From Kiritimatiellia bacterium (lineage in GTDB: Bacteria; Verrucomicrobiota; Kiritimatiellia; RFP12; UBA1067): DNA of 64,000 nucleotides. The stretch is taken from positions 384,001 through 448,000 of the forward strand of contig JBMNFY010000017.1 in NCBI GenBank assembly GCA_050949565.1, read 5' to 3'. Made by a program: the position numbers and the translations under genes. Position 1 is the first letter of the stretch. The number at the start of each line of letters is the position of its first letter. Below, piece after piece: positions 48,259-59,779 of the stretch. The notes under the pieces were generated by a model. It saw only the letters and a list, made by a program, of their open reading frames with translations. It made no database searches and was not told the DNA's origin.

Positions 48259-48807
48259 ATGAACGTTCTGTTGCACACCTGTTGCGCACCCTGCGCCAGT
48301 CACTGCGTGCTCGCCCTGCACGAACGGGGCCACGCCGTGACGCTTTTTTACTCCAACGCCAACATCGCGCCGCATGACGAGTTCCTCAAGCGTCTCGATG
48401 CCGTGCACCTGCTGGCGGAACGTCTGCGTGTGCCTTTACTCATCGACGAGCCCGACCACGACGCCTGGCTCCGCGAAGTGGCGCACGGATTGGAGCAAGA
48501 GCCGGAGCGCGGGGCGCGTTGCGCGCGCTGCTTCCGCTACAGCCTCAGCCGCACGCACGAAGCCATGGTGGCCCAAGGGCTGGACGCCTTCACCACTACG
48601 CTCACCGTCAGTCCGCATAAACACACGCCGACGATCTTTCAGGTCGGCCGCGACTTGGACGCCGCGCGCTTCCTGCCCATTAATTTCAAAAGGAAGGACG
48701 GCTTCAAGCACAGCATCGAGTTCGCCAAACTCCTTGAGCTTTATCGCCAAAACTACTGCGGCTGCGAATTCAGCTACCGCAGCAATATCACTGTGCCGAA
48801 GTTGTAG
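48259..48807 (+). CDS. queH: Epoxyqueuosine reductase QueH (DUF208)
   Basis: LLHTCCAPC, EPERGARCARCF, FTTTLTVSPHK, LYRQNYCGCEFS. Confidence 0.92.
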   Translation: MNVLLHTCCAPCASHCVLALHERGHAVTLFYSNANIAPHDEFLKRLDAVHLLAERLRVPLLIDEPDHDAWLREVAHGLEQEPERGARCARCFRYSLSRTHEAMVAQGLDAFTTTLTVSPHKHTPTIFQVGRDLDAARFLPINFKRKDGFKHSIEFAKLLELYRQNYCGCEFSYRSNITVPKL

Positions 48808-51359
48808 GCCAGCCGCGCCTTCTTCCCTGCAGCGTCATAAGTCACGATCCAACGCGCGGGCAACGTTTCCGTAGACCCAAACGGCCCTGTGAACGTGCCG
48901 GTACAACTGGCGATCGTGTACTTCTTGAAACGCGAGAGCTGTTCCGGATTTTCGACATGCAACGTGAACGTCGATAGATCCAGATCACCCGCCACATGCA
49001 GCGCGTCCGACTCGCCTTCGGGCGAAACGCTCACCGACAGCGTGCAACCGGCGATCGACGCCGCATTCTCGGCCAGCGTAAGCGTACCGAAACCGCCCGC
49101 ATCGCCGGGCGCGAGCGTGTCGGTCACCGTCAGCGCCGCCAGATTCGTGACCGTGCCGCCGCCGCCCAGTCCCGCCAGCGTCTGCGTCTTGCCGTTGACA
49201 TTGAAGACGCCGTTAGATCCCGCCATGACCGTGTTCGCCGTGGGCAGGACATCGTCCCGCCCCCACCTGAGCATGCCGCCCTCGACCACAGTCACGCCAT
49301 TGTAGGTGTTGGTGTTGAGCAGGGTCAGCATCCCATCGCCCCGCTTGATAAACCCGCCATCCTCCGGTGCCCCGGTGTACAACGGTTGCTTGATTGAGAT
49401 ATTCTTGCCCGCCGTATCGAAAATCGCGCCGCCTTCGCGCACATGCACGAAGATGTTGGTCAACCACTTGTCGTTGTTATTGCCGACGAGTTTTTCCGTT
49501 GTCCCCAGGAAATTGTCCGTGTTGACTCTAGCCTCAACCGTACCGCCGTTCAGGAACAACATCCCCTTTTGGTTGGGGAAATTGATATCGATGTAGAAGT
49601 TGTTGAGCCGCATCACGCCGCCGGTGTTGACGCTCACCACCGTGTTGGACGGATTGCCCGTGTTTTGGGAAATGCGTACCCCGTTGGCGATAAGCGTCCC
49701 GCTGCCGCTCACCGTGGTGAATCCGTATGTCGAAGCGATGCCGTTCAGGATTTCGTCGCAGCTCGTGGTATCCACTACACCGTTCGTAACGAGAAGGTGC
49801 CCGCCATCCACATTGACGTATAGTTTGGAGGTCGTCTTCAGCAGACCGCCTGCCACCAGCAACGTTCCGCCGGAGACCCGCAGCCCCGGACCATTCTGGA
49901 CGCCGCAAAAACGCGTCACCAGATTGGTGCCGCTGGCGACAACCAACGTTCCCGCCGCCGTGTGAAGCGTGCCGAAGCTGTTCACCGCCGTCGGTCCGGG
50001 ATCCAGAATCACCGTGCCACTCCCGGTCTTATAGAGTGTGGCGTTCGTATCAGCGCACACGATGGTGCCGCAAATCGTCTGCGTGTTTGTCTGCGGATCG
50101 AACGTCGCCGTCACGGCATTAGTCACCCAGATCGTCCGGTTGGCGGCGAGTGTATGCGACTCGCTGGACTGGAGCGTCGCGTCCGTCAGGAAAACAAGGT
50201 TCGTGGCTGGCGACGACGGAACGGCGCCCAGATTGTGATCCGCGACAACATTCAACCGCCCGCCTTTTAAAACAGTAGCGCCGTTAAAGGTGTTGGTCCC
50301 CCGCAGATACAGCGTGCCGCTTCCTTGCTTCGTCAGTCCGCCGTCATCCGGTGAACCCCGCAATTTGGCGATCACCGTGATGTTGCAGTTCGGGGTGTCG
50401 AACACCGCACCGCCCGACAGCACATTGACAAAAATGTTCGTCCAGTTCGGATGGTAGGTGCCCAGCATGTCCCGCGTTTTGGTCGTGTCCCGCGCCCGAA
50501 TCGTGCCGCCGTTGAGGTTCATGGTGGCTTTTCGGTCCGCCGAATGGTTTGTCTCAAACCAAAACTCGTTGAGCCGGATCGTGCCGCCCGTGTTGATGTT
50601 GACGCCCGAGAAGCTCGCCCCCTCCTGATTCTTGACAATGCGCATCCGGTCTAGGATCAGCATGCCGTTGCCCCCCACCGTCGTGAATCCCGGCGAATTA
50701 AAGGCATTCAAAAGCTCCTGATTACTGGAGAGGTCGCAGACCCCGTTGGTCACCAAAAGCGTGCCGTATTCGCTGACCCGGGCGAAGGGGCCCGCCGTGG
50801 TTTTCAAAAGGCCACCGCCCACGACCAGCGTGCCGCCGCTCACCCAAAAAGCCGGACCGTGCTCCGGGTCGCTGCCTGCCTCTGTCACAAGGTTCGTACC
50901 GCCCGCGACCTCCAGCGTGCCGCCCGCAGTCTTGAACGAGTAGAAGACATTCGAGACCGCGCCCTGCGGGTTCAGAACGACCTTTCCACCACCGGTCTTG
51001 GCCCAGACCCCGACATTCGTGACCGGCGCGGTCAGCGTGGCGATCATGCCCGCATCGACCGAAGCGCCACCGTGCATCAGCAACGGACCGCCGCCGATCG
51101 CATACCCATCCGCCGTGAAAGCGAGATTGTTGAGCGTCACCGGATCGGCCGTAACCGCCCTCGGCCCTTCAGCACCGAAGGTCGCGTTGTTAGCGGCATC
51201 ATTGGTCTACACCGTACCCGCGCCGGACCAGTTCGCATCCGTCGTATTCCACGACGCACTGGTTGTGCCGGTCCAAGTATAATCGGCCGCACTCACCGAC
51301 CACGCCGCCACGGACAGCGCAACAACCAAACCCTTCAAAATCTCGGTGTACGTACGCAT
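48774..51359 (-). pseudogene. Secreted autotransporter-associated beta-strand repeat protein with in-frame TAG at codon 51
   Basis: GGAG RBS and signal peptide from ATG 51359; TAG at 51207-51209 where TGG fits (NWSGAGTV*TN); GLTKQGSGTLYL..TNTFNG.T repeats. Confidence 0.75.
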
Positions 51360-51638
51360 CTGACTTTCTCCATTTCATTTATTATCAATTCGACCAACAC
51401 CCAAAACAAACACTGGTGCAAAGTATACGTATTCCGCGTGTGCCTGACAAGACGCGACTGTAACAGACGGTAATCGGTTAGTGACAGTCGTCAGAGGCGC
51501 CAATCCCAAATCTAAAATCACAAATCAAGTGTTTTGTCCAGCGGGCTCGACAACCCGCGGTCTGAGTGTTACATTCAAAGCCATCTGTAGCCGGGGAATG
51601 GTTGCCCCGGTTTCCTATCCATTTTCAACGAGGCACCT

Positions 51639-52736
51639 ATGGCATTCGGCAGCGGCAGTGTGAGTTTCCGGCTCTTTTATCTTCAACAACAATACGACTC
51701 CAGTTTGGTCGACGCTTTTGCACGGCATGTTGCGCCGCCGATTGACTCGCTCAGCCGCGACCCCATCCACGGCTGGGTGACCGGGCGACATCTTTTCGAC
51801 CGCGCGATTGCGGATGAAACTTGTGTGATCGGCCCCTACCTGCACGCGCAATGGCTACGCGCCGAGAAGAAGGTGCCACCCGCCCTGCTGCGCGCGTATG
51901 TGCAGATGGAAGAGGATCTCGAATGTCGCGCGCGAGAAGTCGAATTCTTGCCGCGCGCGGTACGCGCCGAAGTCAAGCAGCGCGTCACCGACTCACTCTT
52001 GCCCAAGATGCCGCCGACCTTGACCAGCATCCCCGTGGTGGTCGACTTCCGCAACGACCTGCTCGTGGCCAGCGCGATGTCCGACAAGCAAATCGACACC
52101 CTCGCGCCCGCCTTCAAGGAAACCGCCGGCACGCTGCCGATCCTGCTCACGCCCGAGACCGCCGCCATGCGCCGCAAGCAGATCAATGCCAACGATCTCG
52201 ATCCGGTCAGCTTTTCACCCGACACCACCCTCGATCCCCCCAACGAGCCCACGCTGGGCATGGACTTCTTCACTTGGCTCTGGTTCACTTGGGAGAAGGA
52301 AGGCGGCGTCTGTCATCTACCTGACGGCCGCGAGTTCGGCGTGATGCTCGAAGGCCCGCTCACCTTCTTTCGCGAAGGCCAGGGCGCACACGAAGCGGTC
52401 CTGCGCAAAGGCTCGCCGCTCAACAGCCGCGAGGCCGGCACGGCCCTGCTCTGCGGCAAGAAACTCAAGCGCGCGAAGGTCGTGATCGCCCACAGCGACG
52501 ACGTCTTTAGTGCGACCATCGACGCCGACTTTGCCTTCCGCTCGCTCAAACTGCCCAAGGGCGAACAGACTGATGCGGACGGCCGCTTTGAAGAGCGCAT
52601 GCTCATGATCGAGACCTTCTGGTCGGCGTGGCTCGCGCTCTTCGACCGCTTCTTGGAACTGCGCACCGACGCGCAGGCGTGGCCGAAAACCCTCAACGCC
52701 ATGCGCCAATGGATCGCCCGTTTCGGCGAACCTTGA
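51639..52736 (+). CDS. RdgC-like recombination-associated protein
   Basis: MAF.SGSVSFR.F, GW.....FD, R.EKKVPPALL, LG.DF.TWLW, GKKLKRAK..., FRSLKLP...F.ERM; resembles bipartite RdgC-like proteins. Confidence 0.6.
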   Translation: MAFGSGSVSFRLFYLQQQYDSSLVDAFARHVAPPIDSLSRDPIHGWVTGRHLFDRAIADETCVIGPYLHAQWLRAEKKVPPALLRAYVQMEEDLECRAREVEFLPRAVRAEVKQRVTDSLLPKMPPTLTSIPVVVDFRNDLLVASAMSDKQIDTLAPAFKETAGTLPILLTPETAAMRRKQINANDLDPVSFSPDTTLDPPNEPTLGMDFFTWLWFTWEKEGGVCHLPDGREFGVMLEGPLTFFREGQGAHEAVLRKGSPLNSREAGTALLCGKKLKRAKVVIAHSDDVFSATIDADFAFRSLKLPKGEQTDADGRFEERMLMIETFWSAWLALFDRFLELRTDAQAWPKTLNAMRQWIARFGEP

Positions 52737-52749
52737 TCCGGCGACCGAC

Positions 52750-53394
52750 ATGCAGAATGACCCCGTCACGCCCCAAGGCCGCCAGCACGTCACGATCGGC
52801 GAACAAGTTCTGACAATCGAAACGCCGCCTGACCTTGATGCGCTGCTCGACCGCGCCGCCGCAGTGGATCCGCAGGCTGTCGATGCAATCCCCTACTATG
52901 CGATCCTCTGGCCGGCCGCGCACGGTCTGGCGTGCGACCTCTGGGAACAGCGCGAACGGCTACCGCGCCTGCACGTCATTGAACTGGGCTGCGGTCTTGG
53001 ACTGCCGTCGATCCTCGCGGCGCGGCTCGGCGCGACCGTCACGGCTACCGACTTCCACCCCGATACCGGCGACTGGCTGCAGCACAACGCCGCGCTGAAT
53101 CATGTGCGGATCGAGTACCAAGTCCTTGACTGGAACGATTGCCTAGACCGCTCGCATCCGCTGTGCGAACAACCGGTGCCGCTGGTCATCGGCAGCGACT
53201 TGCTCTACGAGCGACGCCACATCCCGGCGTTGGTCGGTGCCATCGATGCGCTCTGCGCCCCCGGCGGCCAGGCGGTCATCGCCGATCCAGGACGCGACCA
53301 CCTACCGCTCTTTGCGGCAGCCATGCAGGCGACCGGCTGGCACGCCACCCTGCACCCAGCAGACGATATTTACGTCTGCCGTTTTGAACGTTGA
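52750..53394 (+). CDS. SAM-dependent methyltransferase (Methyltransf_16-like)
   Basis: PYYAILWPAA..LA, VIELGCGLGLPS, ATD, LDW, IGSDLLYE, IADPGR. Confidence 0.85.
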   Translation: MQNDPVTPQGRQHVTIGEQVLTIETPPDLDALLDRAAAVDPQAVDAIPYYAILWPAAHGLACDLWEQRERLPRLHVIELGCGLGLPSILAARLGATVTATDFHPDTGDWLQHNAALNHVRIEYQVLDWNDCLDRSHPLCEQPVPLVIGSDLLYERRHIPALVGAIDALCAPGGQAVIADPGRDHLPLFAAAMQATGWHATLHPADDIYVCRFER

Positions 53395-53433
53395 ACGCAG
53401 AACGTCCGATGCCGAAGAAACCTGAAAAACCCA

Positions 53434-54396
53434 TCAGAAAAAGCGTGATGCCTGGCGGACATCGTCAGCGATTTGGCGCGCGAGTGTCTCAGGCGACGTA
53501 AAGGCGCGTTCATCACGCAACCGGGCGAGGAAGGCGACCTCGATGGTTTGTCCGTAAAGATCACCATCGAAATCCAGCAGATGTGTTTCCAGCAACGCGC
53601 GGTCGGGGATTGCGTCCGTGAAAGTCGGGCGCATGCCCAAATTGGCAACACCGTTGAACGTCTTCCCCTGCGCCTTCACGCGCACGGCATAGACACCGTT
53701 GGGCGGCAACACTTCGGCACTGGGTTGCAGATTAGCGGTGGCGATACTCAGCGTGTGCCCTACGCCGCGGCCGCGGATCACGGTATCGCGCACGGAGTAG
53801 GGTCTGCCGAGCATGGCTGTCGCGTCGTCGAGACGCCCCTCGCGCACGGCAAACCGAATGCGCGTACTGGAAATCTCCATGCCTTGGTATTCGGCGTACG
53901 GCACGATCGTGACGCGAAATCCATACGGCCGCCCGAGTTGCGCCAGCAACTCGGGCGTACCGGTCGCACGTCGGCCAAAACGCCAGTTGCGTCCGCAACG
54001 GATCTCGCTAAGCTTGGCGGACGCACTGCTTGTCGCGGTCTGCGACGCGATGCGCGGCGGGCCGCACAACCAACGGACAAAAGTCTCCGGTTCTTGCACC
54101 GCCAGTTTCCGCGTGAACTCAAGCGCCAGTATGCCATCGACCCCGCTCTGCTCCAACAATGCCAGCCGCTCTTCCGAGGTGCTCAGCAGGGGGGGACACT
54201 TTGAGGGGGCAAGCACCGCCAGCGGGTGCCGGTCAAAGGTCAACGCCCAAGCTTGGCCGTCCAATTCGCGAGCGCGTTCGACCGCGCCGGACAGCACACG
54301 CTGGTGGCCAAGGTGGACTCCATCAAAAAAACCGGCGGCCAAAACCACGGGGCCCGGGATTTTACGGAATTGCGCGGGCTGGGAAATGATCTTCAT
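53434..54396 (-). CDS. ribF: Riboflavin kinase / FAD synthetase
   Basis: GFFDGVHLGHQ, ISSTRIR, TANL, PNGVYAV, ANLGMRPT, ETHLLDF. Confidence 0.95.
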   Translation of the reverse strand: MKIISQPAQFRKIPGPVVLAAGFFDGVHLGHQRVLSGAVERARELDGQAWALTFDRHPLAVLAPSKCPPLLSTSEERLALLEQSGVDGILALEFTRKLAVQEPETFVRWLCGPPRIASQTATSSASAKLSEIRCGRNWRFGRRATGTPELLAQLGRPYGFRVTIVPYAEYQGMEISSTRIRFAVREGRLDDATAMLGRPYSVRDTVIRGRGVGHTLSIATANLQPSAEVLPPNGVYAVRVKAQGKTFNGVANLGMRPTFTDAIPDRALLETHLLDFDGDLYGQTIEVAFLARLRDERAFTSPETLARQIADDVRQASRFF

Positions 54397-55127
54397 GGCA
54401 AGTGAGCGTGTGCGGCCTGCGCCAGCGGGATCACACGATCCGCGAGTTGGTTGGACGTCAGTGCGAGGATATCTTCAAGCGGCAGAGCGTCTTTCACATG
54501 AAATGTGCCGGACGCTGTGCGGCGCAAGGCGTCCAAACAGGCGCCACACCCAAGCGCTTGGCCGATGTCGTGAGCCAACGTGCGTACGTAAGTGCCTTTG
54601 GTGCAGTCCACCTCAAAGGTTACCAGAGGTGGTGCCCACACTGTCAGCATCATGCGGTAGATGTGGACAAAACGTTGTTTGCGCTCGACCTCTTGGCCTT
54701 TCCGCGCCAGTTTGTAAAGCGGCACACCGTTGACTTTAATCGCCGAAACCATCGGCGGCGTCTGAAAGATATCTCCTGTAAGCGCGGCCATCTGCGCCTC
54801 GACCTGCTCGCGCGTCACATCCTGCCACGGCTTTTCCTCCAGCGTCTCACCGTCGCAGTCTTGCGTGGAGGTGGTACGGCCAAGCCGCATTTCGCCGGTG
54901 TAGGCTTTGTCGCCGCCCATGATACGGTCTGAAAGCTTAGTACCCTTACCAAGCAAGATCACCAACAATCCGGTGGCGTTGGGATCCAGCGTGCCGCCGT
55001 GCCCGACCTTGCCGATACGGAAGGTTTTGCGGATATCGCGGACGACATCGTGCGAAGTCGGTCCGCTCGGTTTATCAACCAGTAGCACACCGTCCAGAGA
55101 GGTCTGAGAGGGAGAAAAAGCAGTCAT
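54393..55127 (-). CDS. truB: tRNA pseudouridine(55) synthase
   Basis: DKPSGPTSHDVV, KVGHGGTLDP.ATG, PPMVSAIK, CTKGTYVRTL. Confidence 0.96.
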   Translation of the reverse strand: MTAFSPSQTSLDGVLLVDKPSGPTSHDVVRDIRKTFRIGKVGHGGTLDPNATGLLVILLGKGTKLSDRIMGGDKAYTGEMRLGRTTSTQDCDGETLEEKPWQDVTREQVEAQMAALTGDIFQTPPMVSAIKVNGVPLYKLARKGQEVERKQRFVHIYRMMLTVWAPPLVTFEVDCTKGTYVRTLAHDIGQALGCGACLDALRRTASGTFHVKDALPLEDILALTSNQLADRVIPLAQAAHAHLP

Positions 55128-55171
55128 GGTCACGCACAGAATGAAAGCAACAAAGGCGGACGCACGTCGCG

Positions 55172-55552
55172 TCAGACTTCCGGCTCCGTCGGTTCATCCG
55201 CCTGAGGAACATCAAGCTGACTCAGCACCGCGAGGACACGGTCGCCTTTTTCGATCGAGGTATCGAGTTGGAAACGCAGACGCGGGGTGTACTTGAGTTT
55301 CAGCTCGCGGTTGATGATCGTTTGCAGATCGGGCGCTTTACCGGCTAGCTTGCGGATAATCGCCGAGCGTTCGTTTTCATGACCAAAGATCGAGACGCTC
55401 ACCGTGGCGTTGCGCAAATTGCGCGCGGTCTCGACCTGCGTCACCGTAACGGCACTAAGATCGACCGGTTCGCCTGCAAAAACTTTATAGAGCGCCTCGC
55501 CGATCGCGCGCCGCAACAGCGCATTCACGCGTTCAAGACGGTCGACAGCCAT
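55172..55552 (-). CDS. rbfA: Ribosome-binding factor A
   Basis: RLERVN, VTVTQVE....L..A.V, LKYTPRLRF..D.SIE. Confidence 0.92.
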   Translation of the reverse strand: MAVDRLERVNALLRRAIGEALYKVFAGEPVDLSAVTVTQVETARNLRNATVSVSIFGHENERSAIIRKLAGKAPDLQTIINRELKLKYTPRLRFQLDTSIEKGDRVLAVLSQLDVPQADEPTEPEV

Positions 55553-55588
55553 AACACCTCCTTATGGGGCCGCAGAAAGCGGTTGCAC

Positions 55589-58192
55589 TCACAGAGTACG
55601 CGGCAGTTCCTCCAGCGCATAACACTCGACGGTGTCGCCGACCTGGAATTCTTCGAATCCGCTGAACAAAATACCGCACTCCTGTGCGCCCGTGATTTCG
55701 GAAACCTCGTTCTGGAAGTGCTTCAGCGATGCGAGTTTGCCTTCCCACAGCTTCTCCTTTTTGCGGAACACCCGGAACATGGCGTCCGCGCGGATCACGC
55801 CGTCCAGCAACTGACAGCCCGCCACGCGACCGGTCTTGCCGATATCAAAGATCGCGCGGATCTCGGCATGGCCCTTGATCACTTCCTTGTACTCGGGCGG
55901 CAGCAGGTCGAGCATGCGCTGTTTCACGAAGTCAAGCAGTTCATAAATGATGCGGAATGTGTTGACGCGCACGCTGTGATGGCGCGCCAGTTGTTGCACA
56001 CCGGCATCGCAGTTCACACTGAAACCTACGACTATGGCTTCGCCTGCTGCGGCCTTGTTGATGTCCGTAGCCGACACATTGCCGATCGTCGAATGGATAA
56101 TGTTGAGCGAAACCTTCTCGCTCTTGATCTCTCCGAGCGCCTCGCAGACCGCCTCGGCCGAGCCCTGCGTATCGGCCTTCACAATCAAGGCCAACTCGCG
56201 CCGCTGCGTTTCTTTGAGCTGATCCATCAAGGCGTCCAGTGAGGTGGCCTTGGTGCTGGAAAGCTCCACCAACTTGCGCTCTTCGGCGGCCTCCTCGGCC
56301 AAACCGCGCGCACGTTTTTCATTCAGCATGACGCGGAACGCCGCACCAGCCTCAGGCACGCCGGACAGCCCCATGCACTTGACTGCCGTCGCGGGCGACG
56401 CCGATTTGACACGCCGACCACGGTCATCGATCAGGCCACGCACGCGCCCGAAATGCTCGCCGCACAACACCACATCGCCGACATTCAGCGTTCCGCCCAT
56501 GACCAACAGCGTGGCCGTCGGCCCGAGCCCCTGCTCAAGTTGCGCTTCGACGACATAGCCGTCCGCCCGCCGGTTCGGATTGGCGGTCAGTTCCAGCATG
56601 TCGGTCTGCAGGAGAATCATCTCCAGCAACTGATCGATGCCCTGACCAGTCATGGCTGAAACTTCGGTACAAATGATATCGCCGCCCCACTCTTCCGGCG
56701 TCAATCCATCCCTTTGCAGCATCTGGCGCACCCGATCCGGCTTGGCAACCGGCAAGTCGCACTTATTGATCGCCACCATGATCTGTACACCGGCTTGTTG
56801 CGCGGCCTTAATCGCTTCGCGCGTCTGCGGCATGACACCATCATCGGCTGCGATAATGATTACCGCAATGTCAGTAAGCATAGCACCGCGGGCGCGCATG
56901 GCCGAGAAGGCCGCATGACCGGGCGTATCCAAAAAGGTAATCTTGCGTCCGCTGACATCCACCGTGTAGGCGCCGATGTGCTGAGTAATGCCGCCGGCTT
57001 CGCCCTTCACAACACGCGTATTGCGGATACGGTCCATGAGCGAGGTCTTGCCGTGGTCGACGTGGCCCAGGAAGGTCACGACCGGCGGACGCGGCAACAT
57101 ATCCTCGGGCTTGTCTTCCGGAATGTCATCGTCTGCGTCCTCGCTGCGCAGCACCGGGCGGCGCTCGACCGAACGCTTGGCACGCTCAAGCTCAACCTTA
57201 AACCCGTACTTCTCCGCGATCTTTTGCGCGACATCCAACTCCACGCGCTGGTTGATCGAGGCCAAGATGTTCAACTGCATGAGATCGGCAATCAGGCGGT
57301 TAGGCCGGATGCCCAATTTTTCAGCCAGTTCTTTGACGACCACCGCACCGCGCAGGGGAATCACGCGATCCGGCGGCACTGACGTATCCCGCTGGGACGG
57401 TGTGCGGGCACCTGAGCGTTGCCCGGGAACACCGCGTGCCGCAATACGTCCGGATTCTTTCTCGCGCCCGCTCTTCTGGACCTGCGTCCGCGTCACCTTG
57501 GGCGGCTCGCGGGTGGCCCCTTTGGAAATCCGGCCGATAAAAGCGGAGGCCAGTTTGTCTTCGGTCTCAAACTCATCGTCGTCCTCATAACGAGACGGTT
57601 TCGACTTGCCAGCGGTCTTAGCGGTCGTCTTGGCAGCGCGGTCGTCGGCCTTAGCCGCAGTCCGAGCCGGGGGAGCGGCATCCTTGGCAGCATCCTTGGC
57701 AGCATCTTTGGCAACGGTCTTGGTCTTGGCGACTGGTGCCACCGGCGCGGCGGCCGCTTTGTCGGTCGGCGTGACGAGGTCCAAGGCGGGTGCAGCATCA
57801 TCGGGCGTCGCGGCTGCTGCCGCCTCCGCTGTCGGCGTCTCGGCCGGTGCTTCGGCTGCGGGTGCCTCTGGGGCGATACCGCGGGCCTTTGCGTCCATCT
57901 CCAGCGCACGGGCGCGATTAACCTCCAAAACTGCCAACTCGGCCTGCAACTGCGCCGCGCGTCGTGTCGCAGCGGCTGTCCGCTTCTCTTGGTAACGGGC
58001 GGCGCGTGCCGCGTTTTCCGCCTCGATGTCGTTCGCGCTCCGCTTGGCAAACACTTCCTGCAGACGCGACGCATCCGCCGTGTCGAGCTGAGAAAGCGGC
58101 GAGTAGGCCTCGATGTCCAAAGCATCGGCCTGTTTGAGCACTTCCAAGCTGGAAGTGCTCATCTTTTTCGCAAGTTCACATACTCTTATCAT
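55589..58192 (-). CDS. infB: Translation initiation factor IF-2
   Basis: [45 protein letters not shown]. Confidence 0.98.
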   Translation of the reverse strand: MIRVCELAKKMSTSSLEVLKQADALDIEAYSPLSQLDTADASRLQEVFAKRSANDIEAENAARAARYQEKRTAAATRRAAQLQAELAVLEVNRARALEMDAKARGIAPEAPAAEAPAETPTAEAAAAATPDDAAPALDLVTPTDKAAAAPVAPVAKTKTVAKDAAKDAAKDAAPPARTAAKADDRAAKTTAKTAGKSKPSRYEDDDEFETEDKLASAFIGRISKGATREPPKVTRTQVQKSGREKESGRIAARGVPGQRSGARTPSQRDTSVPPDRVIPLRGAVVVKELAEKLGIRPNRLIADLMQLNILASINQRVELDVAQKIAEKYGFKVELERAKRSVERRPVLRSEDADDDIPEDKPEDMLPRPPVVTFLGHVDHGKTSLMDRIRNTRVVKGEAGGITQHIGAYTVDVSGRKITFLDTPGHAAFSAMRARGAMLTDIAVIIIAADDGVMPQTREAIKAAQQAGVQIMVAINKCDLPVAKPDRVRQMLQRDGLTPEEWGGDIICTEVSAMTGQGIDQLLEMILLQTDMLELTANPNRRADGYVVEAQLEQGLGPTATLLVMGGTLNVGDVVLCGEHFGRVRGLIDDRGRRVKSASPATAVKCMGLSGVPEAGAAFRVMLNEKRARGLAEEAAEERKLVELSSTKATSLDALMDQLKETQRRELALIVKADTQGSAEAVCEALGEIKSEKVSLNIIHSTIGNVSATDINKAAAGEAIVVGFSVNCDAGVQQLARHHSVRVNTFRIIYELLDFVKQRMLDLLPPEYKEVIKGHAEIRAIFDIGKTGRVAGCQLLDGVIRADAMFRVFRKKEKLWEGKLASLKHFQNEVSEITGAQECGILFSGFEEFQVGDTVECYALEELPRTL

Positions 58193-58199
58193 AACTCTC

Positions 58200-59459
58200 T
58201 TACTCTCCCGCCTCGTCCACACCGCTCGCAGCCTGAGCCGCAGCCCAGATCTTGTTCACGGTCTCTTCATCGAGTCCCGTCACTTCCTGCAAGTAGGGCT
58301 TCTCGGCATCAAGGACGCCATCCGTCGTCAGGAAGCCATTGGCCACCAAGGTGGACGCGGTCTCTTCACTGATATCCAACACCTCGGCCAGATCCTTGAC
58401 CGCAGTTTCGCGCTGTTCCTCAAAGGACATCTCTTCGCCGCTCTTCTGGATATTGACGCGCCAGCCTGTGAGCTTCGAGGTGAGGCGAACGTTCTGGCCG
58501 CGTTTGCCGATCGCCAGCGAAAGCTGGTCCGGCGCGACGGTCACATGCACCGTGCGGGATTCGTTCGGATCAATCGTGACCGACTCCAGCTTGGCCGGTG
58601 CCAGCGACTGCGTCACGTACTGTCGGATATCCTCATTCCAGCGCACGATGTCAATCTTCTCGCCGTTCAACTCGCGCACGATATTGCGCACACGCACGCC
58701 GCGCAGTCCGACGCACGCGCCGACCGGATCAACCTTTTCGTCCAACGTCTTGACGGCGATTTTTGTGCGGTAACCCGGATCGCGGGCGACCCCCATCACT
58801 TCCACAATGCCATCCGCGATCTCAGCGACCTCAAGACGGAACAGGGCCTTAACGAACTCCGAGCAGGCGCGCGACAACACCACCGCCGGGCCATTCGCAC
58901 CGGACTGCACGCGGTATACATACGCACGCAGACGATCACCGATGCTATACTCCTCGTTGGGCAGGCGCTCCTTGCCCGGCAGGATAGCCTCAGTCTTACC
59001 CAGTTCCACAATCAGGTCGCGGTGAATGATCTGCCGGACGGTTCCACTGACAATGTCACCGATGCGGTCTTTATACTCGTCATAAACGTTTTTGCGTTCC
59101 GCCTCGCGAATTTTCTGCAAGATCATCTGACGCGCCGTCTGCGCGGCGATGCGTCCCAAATGCGAGGGCGGAATCTCAACGTCCAGCGTGTCTCCGGGCT
59201 GCACGTCGCGTTTCAACTGGCGCGCCTGCCGCAACGGCAATAAGCCTGCGCCGCTCTCCGTCTCAGAGACCACGACGGTATCAAACGCCCTGATCTTCAA
59301 GGTCTTACGGTCAACATCCACGCGAAGGGCATCAGAAACATCTAAGCTCTTACGGGCGGCCTGCTGAATTGCCGACTCGATCGCCTGGATGATGATCTCC
59401 CGATTCACCCCGCGGTCACGCTCCAAATAACTGATAATCGACAGCAGTTCATTACTCAT
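58200..59459 (-). CDS. nusA: Transcription termination/antitermination factor NusA
   Basis: GRIAAQTARQ.I.QKIREAER, ARDPGYRTKIAV, DPVGACVG.RG.RV, LAIGKRGQNVRL. Confidence 0.97.
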   Translation of the reverse strand: MSNELLSIISYLERDRGVNREIIIQAIESAIQQAARKSLDVSDALRVDVDRKTLKIRAFDTVVVSETESGAGLLPLRQARQLKRDVQPGDTLDVEIPPSHLGRIAAQTARQMILQKIREAERKNVYDEYKDRIGDIVSGTVRQIIHRDLIVELGKTEAILPGKERLPNEEYSIGDRLRAYVYRVQSGANGPAVVLSRACSEFVKALFRLEVAEIADGIVEVMGVARDPGYRTKIAVKTLDEKVDPVGACVGLRGVRVRNIVRELNGEKIDIVRWNEDIRQYVTQSLAPAKLESVTIDPNESRTVHVTVAPDQLSLAIGKRGQNVRLTSKLTGWRVNIQKSGEEMSFEEQRETAVKDLAEVLDISEETASTLVANGFLTTDGVLDAEKPYLQEVTGLDEETVNKIWAAAQAASGVDEAGE

Positions 59460-59493
59460 CACTGCACCGCCTTCCGCTTCACGATTCCACAAC

Positions 59494-59520
59494 AAAAAAG
59501 AGCGGGGAGCCCCCACCCTT
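59494..59520 (-). terminator. rimP-leader-type attenuator hairpin upstream of nusA
   Basis: Minus strand AGGGTGGGG-GCT-CCCCGCTCT-TTTTT between the promoter and nusA, as in the conserved leader of rimP-nusA-infB operons. Confidence 0.7.
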
Positions 59521-59548
59521 CTTATTCCCTAAAAAGCACAATCAACGC

Positions 59549-59577
59549 ATGGTAGCTTATACATGGGGCGGTGTCAA
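59549..59577 (-). promoter_or_regulatory. Sigma70 promoter of the nusA-infB operon
   Basis: TTGACA-N17-TACCAT on the minus strand. Confidence 0.75.
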
Positions 59578-59779
59578 TCGACAATGCAACATAATTCGCA
59601 ACACCCAGATCGAAAGGGCGCCTTTGCCAGGCCCATTCGCCACCCGCGCCGAAAGTAAAGAGAAGATACAGCCGGCAAACCGTCCTCTTGCAGGAACCAC
59701 CACTTGCCGTCAGACTCGCCGACGCACACGAACCCGCACGTCAGCAAGACGAGCGGCAACGACAACAACAGAACCCTGC

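Noticed and set aside
51207-51209. Stop-codon recoding (TAG readthrough or pyrrolysine)
   Set aside because: TAG terminates other genes here (e.g. 33787), no pyl genes are seen, and a single TGG>TAG change or error is simpler
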